Shown here: positions 1-12,524 of the stretch, piece after piece
Layout of the letters: the number at the start of each line of letters is the position of its first letter
Position numbering within the stretch: position 1 is the first letter of the stretch
Assembly: GCF_006345805.1 (NCBI RefSeq)
Contig: NC_043009.1
Location: forward strand, 57,350,001-57,414,000
From: Octopus sinensis
Lineage: Eukaryota
Direction: 5' to 3'
DNA: 64,000 nucleotides
Program-made: the position numbers and the translations under genes
The notes under the pieces: generated by a model
Databases searched by the model: none
Told to the model about the DNA's origin: nothing
The model's input: only the letters and a program-made list of their open reading frames with translations

Positions 1-90
1 TGGTCACCATGGTGTATATAGTTTAACTGTTACTAGTTTCAGTCATAAGACTGCAGCTATGCTCTCTCTCTCTCTCCCAAAGGAATTCTA

Positions 91-310
91 TTTTACTCTT
101 TTATCTTTTACTTGTTTCAGTTATTTGACTGCAGCCATGCTGGAGCACCGCCTTTAGTCGAGCAAATCGACCCCAGGACTTATTCTTTGTAAGCCTAGTA
201 CTTATTCTATCGATCTGTTTTGCCGAACTGCTAAGTTACGGGGAGGTAAACACACCAGCATTGGTTGTCAAGCGATGTTGGGGGACAAACACATACACAC
301 AAACATATAC

Positions 311-400
<90 letters not shown>

Positions 401-570
401 GTACGACGGGCTTCTTTCAGTTTCTGTCTACCAAATCCACCTCACAAGGCTTTGGTCAGCCCGAGGCTATAGTAGAAGACACGTGCCCAAGGTGCCACGC
501 AGTGGGACTGAACCCGGAACCATGAGGTTCGTAAGTAAGCTACTTACCACACAGCCACTCCTACGCCTAT
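91..570 (-). mobile_element. tRNA-derived SINE, group A, full length, with internal (CA)n(TA)n tract
   Basis: Minus strand begins with a tRNA-like head (A box TGGCTGTGTGG, B box GGTTCAGTCCC). Body and tail (...GACTGAAACAAGTAAAAGAGTAAA consensus) recur at >=10 places in the window. Confidence 0.9.
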
Positions 571-802
571 ATCGACAAACCAGAGATAAAACCTCGGACT
601 ATTAGATCTGTCATCGGATGTCGCGTGAATAATGAACCAAGAACCGACTGCTGCAAGATTCAAGATCTACGACAAGTGTCGACCTCGACAACTGAGCTGT
701 TTTGTTATTGTAAGACATTACAAAAACGTTGGACTATCAACTTGTAAACTTGCATTTAATCCCAAACTATTGGGTTGTTCGGAAAGTTTGTGCCGATTTT
801 TA

Positions 803-895
803 TCCTGGGTCGATTTGCTCGACTAAAGGCTGTGCTCCAGCATGGCCGCAGTCAAATGACTGAAACAAGTAAAAAAAGAGTAAAAAAAAAAAGAG
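803..895 (+). mobile_element. Group A SINE 3' tail fragment
   Basis: GGGTCGATTTGCTCGACTAAAGG...CAGCATGGCCGCAGTCAAATGACTGAAACAAG matches the tail of the other A copies. Confidence 0.85.
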
Positions 896-1080
896 CATAT
901 TTTATGTATTACAGAAGTATAACCAATTTATTGCACGGAAATTTTAACAACAAAATCTTATATGGTTTCCCAAACGGTCAGGTGGAGCCCAGGTTGAGAA
1001 TCACTGGTGAAAATGGCGCTCTCCGAGATAATCTGGACTCATTCTGAGAAAATGGAGAACCTGGAATCTACAGCACAACA

Positions 1081-1716
1081 TAAACAGTAGAACTCAGAAA
1101 TCGCAAACCTCCGCCAAGGCAACACCAACGTCCTCTCAACGATTAGCCGGAGATGATTTTTAAAATGAGAATATCTGAAATTACCTCAACTGCTCTCACA
1201 AACGAGAATACTAAAAATGAACCCGACCGCTCTCAAAAATTAAGTAGAAAAACCGGAAAAATAATCCAGAATCCTTGTCCGGTACCAGATCAATCCAAAA
1301 TCTTATTTCTTTATTGCCCACAAGGGGCTAAACACAGAGAGGAAAACAAGGACAGAAAAACGGATTAAGTCGATTATATCGACCCCAGTGCGTAACTGAT
1401 ACTTAATTTGTCGATCCCAGTGCGTAACTGGTACTTAATTTATCGACCCCGAAAGGATGAAAGGCAAAGTTAACCTCGGTGGAATTTGAACTCAGAACGT
1501 TGCGGCAGACGAAATACCGCTAAGCATTTCGCCCGGCGTACTAACGTTTCCAGCTTCCAAAATCTAATCAGTTCGTGCCAGTCGCGAAGCCACACATCCC
1601 TGAAAGTTTCATCCGAATCCACCCAGCAGTTCTTGAGATATCTTGTCCACGGACAGACAAACAAACAAACACTGCTGGAAACAATACCTCTGCCTTCGCT
1701 AAGACGGAGGTAATAA
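1081..1716 (-). mobile_element. Non-autonomous Helentron/DINE-1-like element, interrupted by a group B SINE
   Basis: Homologous to the uninterrupted inverted copy at 4168-4547. Subterminal inverted motif ACCTCCG (1107) / CGGAGGT (1705) and a (CAAA)n tract near one end. The class is inferred from this architecture. Confidence 0.55.
1304..1555 (-). mobile_element. tRNA-derived SINE, group B monomer, with 10-bp TSD
   Basis: B box GAGTTCAAATTCC on the minus strand. Flanked by TCCAAAATCT at 1294-1303 and 1556-1565. Confidence 0.9.
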
Positions 1717-1998
1717 ACGGCACAACGGCGATGCAGTATAATCAAATGAACTGCGAAGTGAATGGTGTGAAAACGTCTCACCAAAAGCGTGACACCTCCA
1801 GTGAAATTCTCCTGACAGTTGTCAAACTACCAAATGGGGAATCACATGGGAATGATATGGTAATTATTGGCATATGAAACTCCCATTCTACTGGGAAGTT
1901 CCCATGAATGTATTCAAATAAACGATGGATTCTGATCTCGACCTGACAGATTGATTGACTCTTAAACAGACAACATACGTACTTAATAATTAAGAGAT

Positions 1999-2130
1999 AC
2001 GTATGTATGTATGTATGTTTGTATGTATGTATGTATGTATGCATGCAGGCATATATGTATGTATGCATGCATGTATGTATGTATGTATGTATGTATGTAT
2101 GTATGTATGCATGCATGTATGCATATATGC

Positions 2131-2163
<33 letters not shown>

Positions 2164-2693
2164 TGTATGTATGTATGAATGTAGTATGTATGTAAGTATG
2201 TATGCATGTATGCATATATGCATGCATGTATGTATGTATGTATGTATGTATGTATGTATGTATGAGTGTATGTATGTATGTATGTATGTATGTATGCATG
2301 TATGTATGTATGTATGCATGTATGCATATATGTATGTATGAATGTAGTATGTATGTATGTATGCATGCATGTATGCATATATGCATATATGTATGTATGT
2401 ATGTATGAATGTAGTATGTATGTAAGTATGTATGCATGTATGCATATATGCATGCATGTATGTATGTATGTATGTATGTATGTATGATGTATGTATGTAT
2501 GTATGTATGTATGAGTGTATGTATGTATGTATGTATGTATGTATGTATGTATGTATGTATGTATGTATGTATGTATGTATGTATGTATGTATGAATGTGT
2601 GTATGTATGTATACACGTATGCATGCTTGCATGCATATATCTATGTATGTATGTATGTATGTATGTATGTATGTATGTATGTATGTATCTATG

Positions 2694-2762
<69 letters not shown>
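1999..2762. repeat. Compound (TATG)n then (TATC)n microsatellite
   Basis: Directly visible. It is the source of the IHTY/MYVC pseudo-ORFs. Confidence 0.98.
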
Positions 2763-2763
<1 letters not shown>

Positions 2764-2951
2764 AGCGGTTTTCACCCGTGGCTCCCAGGGCCGCATTCAT
2801 CCTCCAAGCACCCTTCCGACAGTCTTCCCTCTGTGGATACAACAAAAGTTTCTTTAATTGATGTGTGTTTTACATTTCCTGGTGCCGACCGCTAACAAAA
2901 ATCCAGATTTTTAGGTCTGGCCCGGGTATTTAAAAGGTTGAAAACCACTTA
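2762..2951. mobile_element. Possible ~190-bp MITE with short TIRs (hAT-like)
   Basis: TAAGCGGTTTTCACC at the left end versus GGTTGAAAACCACTTA at the right. No clean 8-bp TSD. Confidence 0.4.
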
Positions 2952-3064
2952 TCTAGATAAGTTTGTTTATTAGCCACACAAGGCTGCACACAGACGGGAC
3001 AGATTACAAAGTAGAGCTTTTCTTTTTGGGGAGAAAAAGAAAAAAGTGGGGTAGGTTTTCGATT

Positions 3065-3409
3065 AAAAGGGATTGTGAAAGGGAGGAAAAAAAAACAATC
3101 AATAGGGATCGTGTATCACAGAAATGTCATGATGTAAAGTGTAAAGGGGGAAGCAGATAAGGTTTATCCATGGAAAGAAAAGCCTACGGAAAAGACCACG
3201 GTAACCTCGTAGATAGATAAATAGATGGCTAGATAGATAGATAGATAGATAGATAGAGACAGACAGACACATACACACATACACACACACAGATACACAC
3301 GCACAACACACAAATACACATATATAAATAGTAATACAAAGAGGTGTGTGTGTATGAAATTAAAATACAAGGCAAAGGGAAGGAAAAAGTATATATATTT
3401 GCATTGAGA
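3065..3409 (+). repeat. ~345-bp direct duplication, copy 1 (copy 2 at 4582-4931)
   Basis: Near-identical sequence, including the internal (GATA)n and (CA)n tracts, ending GCATTGAGA in both copies. Confidence 0.9.
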
Positions 3410-3680
3410 ACCACTTCCCACCGCCAACCAGTGGTTGTCACACGCTGTTGAGGGGTCAATACCCAGAAACTCAGGTCTATGTGTATTACGTCAGGCTGGA
3501 GATGCGAATGATGACTTCCCTTTGCAAATACTCATAGGGTACTGATAGTGTGTCGATAGCCAGCTGGAGGAGATGTCTTCCTGGGGCTACAATCTACTGT
3601 AGCATCAACCCTTAAGGTTAGCCACATTTAGGTGGCAAATATACTTCACAATGTTGTGCAGCTACTGTTTATACCTCGCT

Positions 3681-4050
3681 CTTGCTTACCAACCACATGG
3701 TTCCGGGATCAGTCCCACTGCGTGGCACCTTGGGCAACTTTCTTCTACTGTTTCCTCGGGCCGACCAAGGCCTTGTGAGTGGATTTACTAGACGGAAACC
3801 GAAAGAAGCCCGTCGTATATGTATATGTATTTATGTATGTGTGTGTATGTATTTCTGTGTCTGTGTTTGTGCCTCCGCAATCGCTTAACAGCCAATGCTG
3901 GTGTGTTTACGTCCATGTAACTTAGTGGTTCGGCAATCCAGACTGCTAGAATAAGTACTAGGTTTACAAAGAATAAGTCCTGGGGTGGATTTGTTCGACT
4001 AAAGGCGGTGCTCCAGCATGATCGCAGTCAAATGACTGAATCAAGTTAAA

Positions 4051-4053
<3 letters not shown>
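3681..4053 (+). mobile_element. Group A SINE, slightly 5'-truncated
   Basis: CTTGCTTACCAACCACATGG...TGACTGAATCAAG aligns with the other A copies. Confidence 0.88.
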
Positions 4054-4138
<85 letters not shown>

Positions 4139-4167
4139 ATATTTTGTTGTATTTCGGGATGGTCACT

Positions 4168-4547
4168 TTATTACCCTGACCTTAGCGAAGGCGGAGGCAT
4201 TATTTTCAGTCGTGTTTGTTTCTTTGTTTGTTTGTCCGTGGACAAGATATCTCAACAACCGTTGGTTGAATTCAAACGAAATTTTCAGGGATGTTTGGCA
4301 TGGTGACCTGCACAAATTGATTAAATTTCAGGATCGATCCGGTACCGGACAAAGATTCTGGATTATTTTTCCGGTTTTTTAAACTTAATTTTTGAGAGCG
4401 GTCAGGTTCACTTTTAGTATTCTCGTTTGTGAGAGCAGTCGAGGTAATTTCAGATATTCTCATTTTAAAAATCATCTCCGGCTAATCGTTGAGAGGACGT
4501 TGGTGTTGCCTTGGTGGAGGTTTGCGCTTTCTGAGTTCTCTTGTTTA
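4168..4547 (+). mobile_element. Non-autonomous Helentron/DINE-1-like element, uninterrupted copy
   Basis: Starts TTATTACC, has a (GTTT)n tract, and ends CCTTGGTGGAGGTTTGCGCTTTCTGAGTTCTCTTGTT. Inverted homolog of 1081-1716. Confidence 0.55.
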
Positions 4548-4581
4548 CTATTATTATTTTTTTTTTGCCAAATAAACACAC

Positions 4582-4931
4582 AAAAGGGATCGTAAAAGGG
4601 AGGGAAAAAAACAATCAATAGGGATCGTGTATCACAGAAATGTCATGATGTAAAGTGTAAAGGGGGAAGCAGATAATGTTTATCCGTGGAAAGAAAAGCC
4701 TACGGAAAAGACCACGGTAACCTCGTAGATAGATAAATAGATGGATAGATAGATAGATAGATAGAGACAGACAGACAGATAGACACACACACACACACAC
4801 ACACACTCACACAGATACACACGCACAACACACAAACGCACATATATAAATAGTAATACAAAAAGGTGTGTGTGTGTGAAATTAAAATGCAAGGCAAAGG
4901 GAAGGAAAAAGTATATATATTTGCATTGAGA
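4582..4931 (+). repeat. ~345-bp direct duplication, copy 2
   Basis: Matches 3065-3409. Confidence 0.9.
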
Positions 4932-5300
4932 GCTATTCTTTTCTTCACTCGTTTATTACTGTCATTTTGACGCCTGTCCATTGTCCGGAAATAGTTTTTA
5001 GCTGCAATGTGGCGTTCCCCTCAGCCCCAACCTTTCATCCCATTGTGCTGCCGTCCTAAGACCCGAGAAAAAAGAAAGAAAGTAAATATATAAATAGATA
5101 AATAAACGAATATATAAATATATCTACCACATATATATACTCCGAGTATAATGACAACTTTTTACATAATGACAACTTTTTACTGTTTCTTCTAAATTAT
5201 TCAATCCATACATACATACATACATACATACATACATTCATACATACATACGTACATACATACTATTTCATTATTACACTATAATATTTCTTATACATAC

Positions 5301-5331
<31 letters not shown>

Positions 5332-5477
5332 CATACATACATACATACATACATACTATTTCTTTATTACACTATAATATTTCTTATACATACATACATG
5401 CATGCATGCATACATACATACATACATACATACATACATACATACATACATACATACATGTGTAAATATCCTTTTCT

Positions 5478-5549
5478 CAGCAGAGCCTAGTTTCGATCTA
5501 CGGACCTCTGGATTATGGCCTCATTAAACCTTCATTGCGTCACGTTGCT
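5478..5549 (-). pseudogene. Initiator tRNA-Met (CAT) pseudogene
   Basis: 72 nt. Minus strand reads AGCAACGTGACGCAATGAAG...GCCATAATCCAGAGGTCCGTAGATCGAAACTAGGCTCTGCT, retaining the initiator-specific GATCGAAA T-loop, CAT anticodon and CTCTGCT acceptor end. D and anticodon stems are mispaired and there is no downstream T-tract. Confidence 0.75.
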
Positions 5550-6006
5550 CAACGAGTGATTAAGCACGTACACATTGTATCATTTCTTTTGTTGTTTGTC
5601 TGGGTTAAATTACTTCTATTACATCGTCCACCCTGTGTTATTTATTTATTTTTACTTTTATTCATTCACTTCTATGCATTGAACTGTGTCATATGTAAAT
5701 ACATACTGCAGCGCTGAGATTTTAATCTGTTTGTTGAAAAGTGATATTTCACTCTGACGATAATCCGAGAGCAATGCGTGACAAACCGCATGTATAGATC
5801 TCTGCCTTGCAAGTTTTATTTTAGGTGTCTCTTCATTTGCCATTTTTAGACCAGCCAAAAGCCAAACCAATTCTATATATGTTTCCTCTGCGCAGCGCAA
5901 CAAGCGTGCTTGCTCGTAGCTTTACTATAAGAACAGTTTGTCTAAGAATGCGCATGACTCTATGTTTCATTCATGTACACTAGAGTCACTAAGCATTACC
6001 ATATTA

Positions 6007-6277
6007 TGTTTGTTCCTTCTCGAGCCATGCCTGGCTCATAAGGGCCGGTTTCCCGGTTTCCTTGACCTATAGGTTCCCCACCCGCAAGATGCAGGAGGAA
6101 AGAGTGAGAGAAAGTTGTGGCGAAAGAGTCAGCAGAAGTTCGCCATTACCTTCTGCCGGAGCCGCGTGGAGCTTAGGTGTTTCGCTCATAAACACACACA
6201 TCGCCCGGTCTGAGATTCCAACCCGCGATCCCGCGACCGCGAGTCCGCTGCTCTAACCACTAGGCCATATGCCTCAC
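6007..6277 (-). mobile_element. tRNA-derived SINE, group C (tail type 3), with internal deletion
   Basis: Head ATGGCCTAGTGGTTAGAGCAGCGGACTCGCGG... on the minus strand. Matches 8287-8594 and 60738-61048. Confidence 0.9.
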
Positions 6278-6584
6278 CATAAAAAAAACCCGTTCCTCAT
6301 GGCAACCACTAAGAACTGAAAGAACAGCTATGCGCATGACTCTATGTTTCATTCACTTCTATGCATCGAACTGTGTCATATGTAAATACATACAAACCGA
6401 ATATTCCAGTGTGACAGTTTCTCTGTGCTGCTCTTCGGTCTGCCGGTAAATCCTTGTCAATCTTGTTGCGCAAATGTTAAGACTTTATGTTAGGATTTGA
6501 AGAGAAAAACCAATGTTCTCCGTATACTTTTGTTGTTTTTGTTGATGACCTTAGACTGTATTTAGGTAATATTTGCGATCATAA

Positions 6585-7171
6585 GGCGTCGAGCTGGCAG
6601 AAACGTTAGCACGCCGGGCGAAATGCTTGGCAGTATTTCGTCTGTCTTTACATTCTGAGTTCAAATTCCGCCGAGGTCGACTTTGCCTTTCATCCTTTCG
6701 GGGTCGATTAAATAAGTACCAGTTACGCACTGGGGTCGATATAATCGACTTAATCCGTTTGTCTGTCCTTGTTTGTCCTCTCTGTGTTTAGCCCCTTGTG
6801 GGTAGTAAAGAAATAGGTATTTCGTCTGTCTTTACATTCTGAGTTCAAATTCCGCCGAGGTCGACTTTGCCTTTCATCCTTTCGGGGTCGATTAAATAAG
6901 TACCAGTTACGCACTGGGGTCGATATAATCGACTTAATCCGTTTGTCTGTCCTTGTTTGTCCTCTCTGTGTTTAGCCCCTTGTGGGTAGTAAAGAAATAG
7001 GTATTTCATCTGTCTTTTATGTTCTGAGTTCAAATTCTACCGAAGTCGACTTTGCTTTCATACTTTCGGGGTCGAAAAATTAACGTACCAGTTGCGTACT
7101 GGGTCGATCTAATCGACTGGTCCCCCCCCCCCCCAAATTTCGGGCCTTGTGCCTAGAGTAGAAAAGAATAT
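6585..7171 (+). mobile_element. Group B SINE trimer (184-bp period) ending in the E-type tail
   Basis: GTATTTC restarts at 6633, 6817 and 7001. One A-box head and three B boxes. Confidence 0.9.
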
Positions 7172-7427
7172 TTGTGACAAGAGGTAGCTTGATCTGCTAA
7201 TAATATATTCTCGTAGGACATAGGAATAGAGTTTGGTCAGGATAAATGTTCATGTTTGGAAGCCAGCTGCTGAAAAATTGCTAACCTGACGTGGAATATA
7301 GGTACCAATACCTCTTTATCTCCCTTACCTCTAATATCGATTGCTAAAAGTATTTCAGAATAGATAAAAATGCTGCATATATCGATGCCGTGGTTAAAGT
7401 TTTAAAAAACAATTAGAAAAACTTCAG

Positions 7428-7663
7428 CAGACTTCGGAAGCTATTAAAATTAGATCTGTTCGCATTCATTAATACCATATCCCATAATGCTTTCATTGCA
7501 TTAGTGCTAGTGCTAATATTTGGAGCAGTGGACAAGGCACTTGAAGAGTTTCACAATATGGACATAAAAGCTAATGAGATACTAACCACTAATGATAATT
7601 TCAACATCATCAGTGAGACTGTTAGACGGCAGAATGGCGGTAGAGGGATATGGCCAGTCCACG
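7428..7663 (+). CDS. Candidate coding exon, unknown protein
   Basis: Stop-free frame 7417-7663 in non-repetitive sequence (...FIALVLVLIFGAVDKALEEFHNMDIKANEILTTNDNFNIISETVRRQNGGRGIWPVH). Donor CACG|GTATGT, phase 1. The acceptor position is uncertain. Confidence 0.3.
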
Positions 7664-7727
7664 GTATGTACCATCATATATAAACAAGCATACAAGCATA
7701 CAAACAAATACACACATATCCCCTTTC

Positions 7728-7758
<31 letters not shown>

Positions 7759-7826
7759 TGTATGTATGTATGTATGTATGTATCTATCTATCTATCTATC
7801 TATCTATATATCTATTTATCTCTCTT

Positions 7827-7916
<90 letters not shown>

Positions 7917-8072
7917 ATACATACATGCTTACATACATAGATATATACTGGTGGTTGTAGTGATTGCTCCCTCTTCCCGGAGGATTGCCCTCTCATTGTG
8001 TTTTCTCTTTGTCAGTGACATTTCTGACTTTCCGTCCGTGACTTCTCAGACGACCATTTACTCCCGTTGCAG

Positions 8073-8203
8073 ATCTGCAACGTTCGGAGCATAGGAGACA
8101 GACAAAATTTGTAACTTACTGTGCACTTCCAACTGGTTTGGTTGACACATGTCACCACTCGTCCATCGCCATAGGGCTTTCAGTTTATGGAATGGCGAAT
8201 GAG
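8073..8203 (+). CDS. Candidate coding exon, phase-compatible with 7428-7663
   Basis: Acceptor CCCGTTGCAG| and donor GAG|GTGAGG. Open as (D)LQRSEHRRQTKFVTYCALPTGLVDTCHHSSIAIGLSVYGMANE. Confidence 0.3.
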
Positions 8204-8286
8204 GTGAGGTCACCTTAAAGAGACATTTGTACATCTTTGGATGTATAACACGAATACTTGTATAACACGAATACCACTGTCTGAAT

Positions 8287-8594
8287 GTGGAGACGCATGA
8301 CCTAGTGGTTAGAGCAGCGGACTCGCGGTCGAGGGATCCGGGTTCGAATCTCAGACCGGGCGATGTGTGTGTTTATGAGCGAAACACCTAAGCTCCACGT
8401 GGCTTCGGCAGGAGGTAACGGCGAACTTCTGCTGACTCTTTCGCAACAACTTTCTCTCACTCTTTGCTCCTGCATCTTGCAGCTCACCTGCGACGGACCG
8501 GCGCCTCGTCCAGGTGGAGAACCTATACGCCAAGGAAACCGTGAAACCGGACCTTATGAGCCAGGCGTGGCTCAAGAAGGAACAAACAACAACA
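8287..8594 (+). mobile_element. Group C SINE (tail type 3), full length
   Basis: A box TGACCTAGTGG, B box GGTTCGAATCT, (AAC)n tail. Confidence 0.9.
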
Positions 8595-8782
8595 AAAAAC
8601 TGTCTGAGTCTCCGTGATTAGTATCTAGTGACAGGCCGAAGCGAGATGACTACTAATCACGTGAAAATTCAGGTTTTACATCAGAGTGTCGCTCTCCTAA
8701 AAAGATGATGTGGCAACAGTTAGGGGTCCCTCACTCCCTGTAGTTTTACAGCGCACCCTAATACCAACAAAGGGTATTTCAA

Positions 8783-9020
8783 GGCGGCGAGCTGGCAGAA
8801 ACGTTAGCGCGCCGGGCGAAATGCTTCGCGGCATTTCGTCAGCCGTTACGTTCTGAGTTCAAATTCCCCCGAGGTCGACTTTGCCTTTCATCCTTTCGGG
8901 GTCGATTAAATAAGTACCAGTTACGCACTGGGGTCGATATAATCGACTTAATCCGTTTGTCTGTCCTTGTTTGTCCTCTCTGTATTTAGCCCCTTGTGGT
9001 TAGTAAAGAAATAGGTATTT
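8783..9020 (+). mobile_element. Group B SINE monomer ending in the multimer-type junction
   Basis: Full head. Ends TAGTAAAGAAATAGGTATTTC. Confidence 0.9.
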
Positions 9021-9653
9021 CTGCGACCCCGTGCTCAGCTGGATTGTCATCAAATATAATACTGAACCCAAAGCTGGGACTTAGGCAAATGCTACAACCC
9101 CGGGTAAGAGGAGACCTCGAACAGCACTGGATAAGAGGGGGAAAAAACCAAACACTCTATCAAAGTAACGCTGGGGTATAAATATATTTAGCCCAGTATA
9201 CCCATCATGACTACCCGTCTGATAAGGGTACACCAGGTACATGTATCACAACCATATGTATACGACATGATGATCACATATCAAGATAAACAGCACATGA
9301 CCTTGCAGGTGGGGCACAGTTAAGGTTTTTATTCAGGTCGAGTAGCCCATCCCTTTCAACAGGTCCTTGAATAAGGGTTACGAAACACCCATGTTTCCAG
9401 AGGTGAATTATTCAAACCCCAAAGACTTCCTCTCAACACATGATCATGATGACCATCCACCACTTTTGCTCATGATCAGAGATGCACATATTATCACCCA
9501 CCAAGGGACATGCTCAACTGGTTATGGTAAAACAACTGACAAGCAAATCTGTGGTATTGAGCAGAATATTTACTGTAGCCCATCTTTTATACCAAGACGA
9601 AACAATGTACAGGATAACACCTCCAATACTTTAAGATCAGAAGCCATGAGAGC

Positions 9654-9730
<77 letters not shown>

Positions 9731-9732
<2 letters not shown>

Positions 9733-9990
9733 TAGTTTTATTTTTATAGCGTGTTTTCACTTCACTACCGAGCGCAGCTCTGTGTGCCTTAGGTATGTGC
9801 TGTGATTTGTTGTGATGCTCTGATGGTTATTGTATGGAAAGTGTTCTGCGTAGGATGTGTGCAGTGCCTAGTAGTGCAATTTTCTGTATGATATATGTGT
9901 TTGTAAGTCCTGGTGTTTTTGTTATGTATTTGTCTGAATATTTTTTATCATGCCTAATGATAGGAATTGATAGGAATTGTTTCTGTCTTT
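9731..9990 (-). mobile_element. 5'-truncated RLE-type non-LTR retrotransposon 3' end (R4/Dong-like) with (AAT)n tail
   Basis: Inverted homolog of 10968-11232. Abuts (ATT)n at 9656-9730. Confidence 0.75.
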
Positions 9991-10004
9991 AGATTTTTGA
10001 AAAA

Positions 10005-10063
<59 letters not shown>

Positions 10064-10110
10064 GTTGTTGTTGTTGTTTTTGTTACTATCACCACCACCA
10101 CCACCATCAC

Positions 10111-10174
<64 letters not shown>

Positions 10175-10497
10175 GTCATTATTATTATTAAGGACTTTGG
10201 ATAGTCAGAATAATTAATGAATAAAAAAAAAATTGCTTAGCGGTATTTGTTCCAGTGCTTTACATATTCCGTATTCAAATACAACAGAAGCCATTCTTCG
10301 TCTTTTAACCTTTCGGGTTCTGTAAAATAAAGTACCAGTCAAGTACTGAGATGTCGATTTAATAATCAGCAAACTTCCTCCGACCAAACTAAAGGCTTTT
10401 ATGCATTTACTTGAAACTATCGTAAATGTCGTTGTTTTGGCTTTCAGCGGGTGCAAACAAGTTATTTCCACAATTGTCGCTGCGTAGTTTTGACTTG

Positions 10498-10857
<360 letters not shown>

Positions 10858-10950
10858 GGCTTAAAAACCAACATGAACTTCCAACTTGTTGTCTCTTGAG
10901 GTCTCTGGCTGAGACTTGGAGCCAACTTGTACAAATGTAAAGCAAAAGCC
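10858..10950 (+). mobile_element. Short 3' end of a probable second (AAT)n-targeting retroelement
   Basis: ~95 bp of non-simple sequence between (AAT)n tracts, ending CAAACATATAATAATAAT. Single copy, so the class is inferred from context. Confidence 0.4.
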
Positions 10951-10967
10951 AAACATATAATAATAAT

Positions 10968-11232
10968 AAAAAACAGAAACAATTCCTATCATAGTAGGTG
11001 CATTAGGCATGATAAAACAATATTCAGACAAATACATAACAAAAACACCAGGACTTACAAACACATATAACATACAGAAAATTGCACTACTAGGCACTGC
11101 ACACATCCTACGCAGAACACTTTCCATACAATAACCATCAGAGTATCACAACAAACCACAGCACATACCCAAGGCACACAGAGCTGCGCTCGGTAGTGAA
11201 GTGAAAGCACGCTATAAAAATAAAGCTACTGA
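10968..11232 (+). mobile_element. 5'-truncated RLE-type non-LTR retrotransposon 3' end (R4/Dong-like)
   Basis: Encodes KTETIPIIVGALGMIKQYSDKYITKTPGLTNTYNIQKIALLGTAHILRRTLSIQ*, a typical RLE C-terminus (PIIVGALG...IQK..LLGTA.ILR). Short 3' UTR then (AAT)n. Confidence 0.8.
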
Positions 11233-11235
11233 ATG

Positions 11236-11290
<55 letters not shown>

Positions 11291-11609
11291 TGATGATAAT
11301 AATAATAATAACACGATCACCACAACGGCGACGGTCACGAGGACGACGACGGTCGACGACGAATCACGTGTACGAACAACAACGGCGACAACGACGGACG
11401 ATAGCCACGACGACGACGGACGATGACGGAAGGCGACGATGATGATGAAGACGAGCGACGACAACGATAATGGAAGAAATATTTTTGCAAGGATTCTCAA
11501 AATGAAGAAGCTATGTTGTTTTATTTGTCTAATCTCGCTGAACGTAATTAATGAGTCTTTAATAAACTCATAATATTCGCTCCTTTAAAAACAAAGGGCA
11601 CGGGGCAGA

Positions 11610-12027
11610 TTACTCTTTTACTCTTTTACTCTTTTACTTGTTTCAGTCATTTGACTGCGGCCATGCTGGATCACCGACTTTAGTCGAGAAAATCGACCCC
11701 AGGACTTATTCTTTGTAAGCCCAGTACTTATTCTATCGGTCTCTTTTGCCGAACCGCTAAGTGACGGGGACGTAAACACACCAGCATCGGTTGTCAAGCA
11801 ATGCTAGGGGGGACAAACACAGACACACAAACATATACACACACACTTATATATATATATACATATATACGACAGGCTTCTTTCAGTTTCCGTCTACCAA
11901 ATCCACTCACAAGGCATTGGTCGGCCCGGGGCTATAGCAGAAGACACTTGCCCAAGATGCCACGCAGTGGGACTGAACCCGGAACCATGTGGTTGGTTAG
12001 CAAGCTACTTACCACACAGTCACTCCT
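11610..12027 (-). mobile_element. Group A SINE, full length
   Basis: Aligns to 91-570. Confidence 0.9.
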
Positions 12028-12524
12028 GGTATCGAACATTTTATTTTTTCCGTCTCCTTCGAATTCCATTTGACATCGCTGAATGTTAACACCTCAAGAT
12101 ATTTAGATTAATATTTCGCAATTCATTGGATTAATATTTTCAAATGAATAACTATTCTACAGGATAAATAAATTACATTAAATTGCTTTACACTCGATCA
12201 ACACATGCACACATACGCATGCGCACACACACACATAAACACACGCACAAACACACGTTCGCATATACATACAAAAGGTTATTCGGATTCTTTTCAAAAA
12301 ACTTAAAACCGTCTTTTACATTTCGACCTTATTCATAATGGCGCCAAACGAACTCAGTAACACAACTTATAACAACAACATCAACAACAACAACGACAAC
12401 ATGAAAAGAAGAAAGGAAAAAGAGAATAAAACGAAAATTTTAATGTGCATAAAGTAAAAAGACACGAGTTGAGTTGCTTTGCAGCCAGACATAGATTTCT
12501 CAGGCAAGGATGACATTCAATTCA

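Noticed and set aside
1778-2895. Long ORFs such as 284 aa IHTY and MYVC repeats (also 26-27 kb, 32-33 kb, 43 kb, 58-59 kb)
   Set aside because: Translations of tetra- and dinucleotide microsatellites, which lack stops in several frames.
5735-5765. Isolated CTGANGA heptamers (5754, 7607-, 29632-, 39955, 54405, 63480-)
   Set aside because: No pairing stem II with GAAA and no stem I. Expected by chance.
9190-9655. Probable interspersed repeat (feels familiar from Octopus sequence)
   Set aside because: Single copy in the window with no diagnostic motif, so it cannot be supported without a search.
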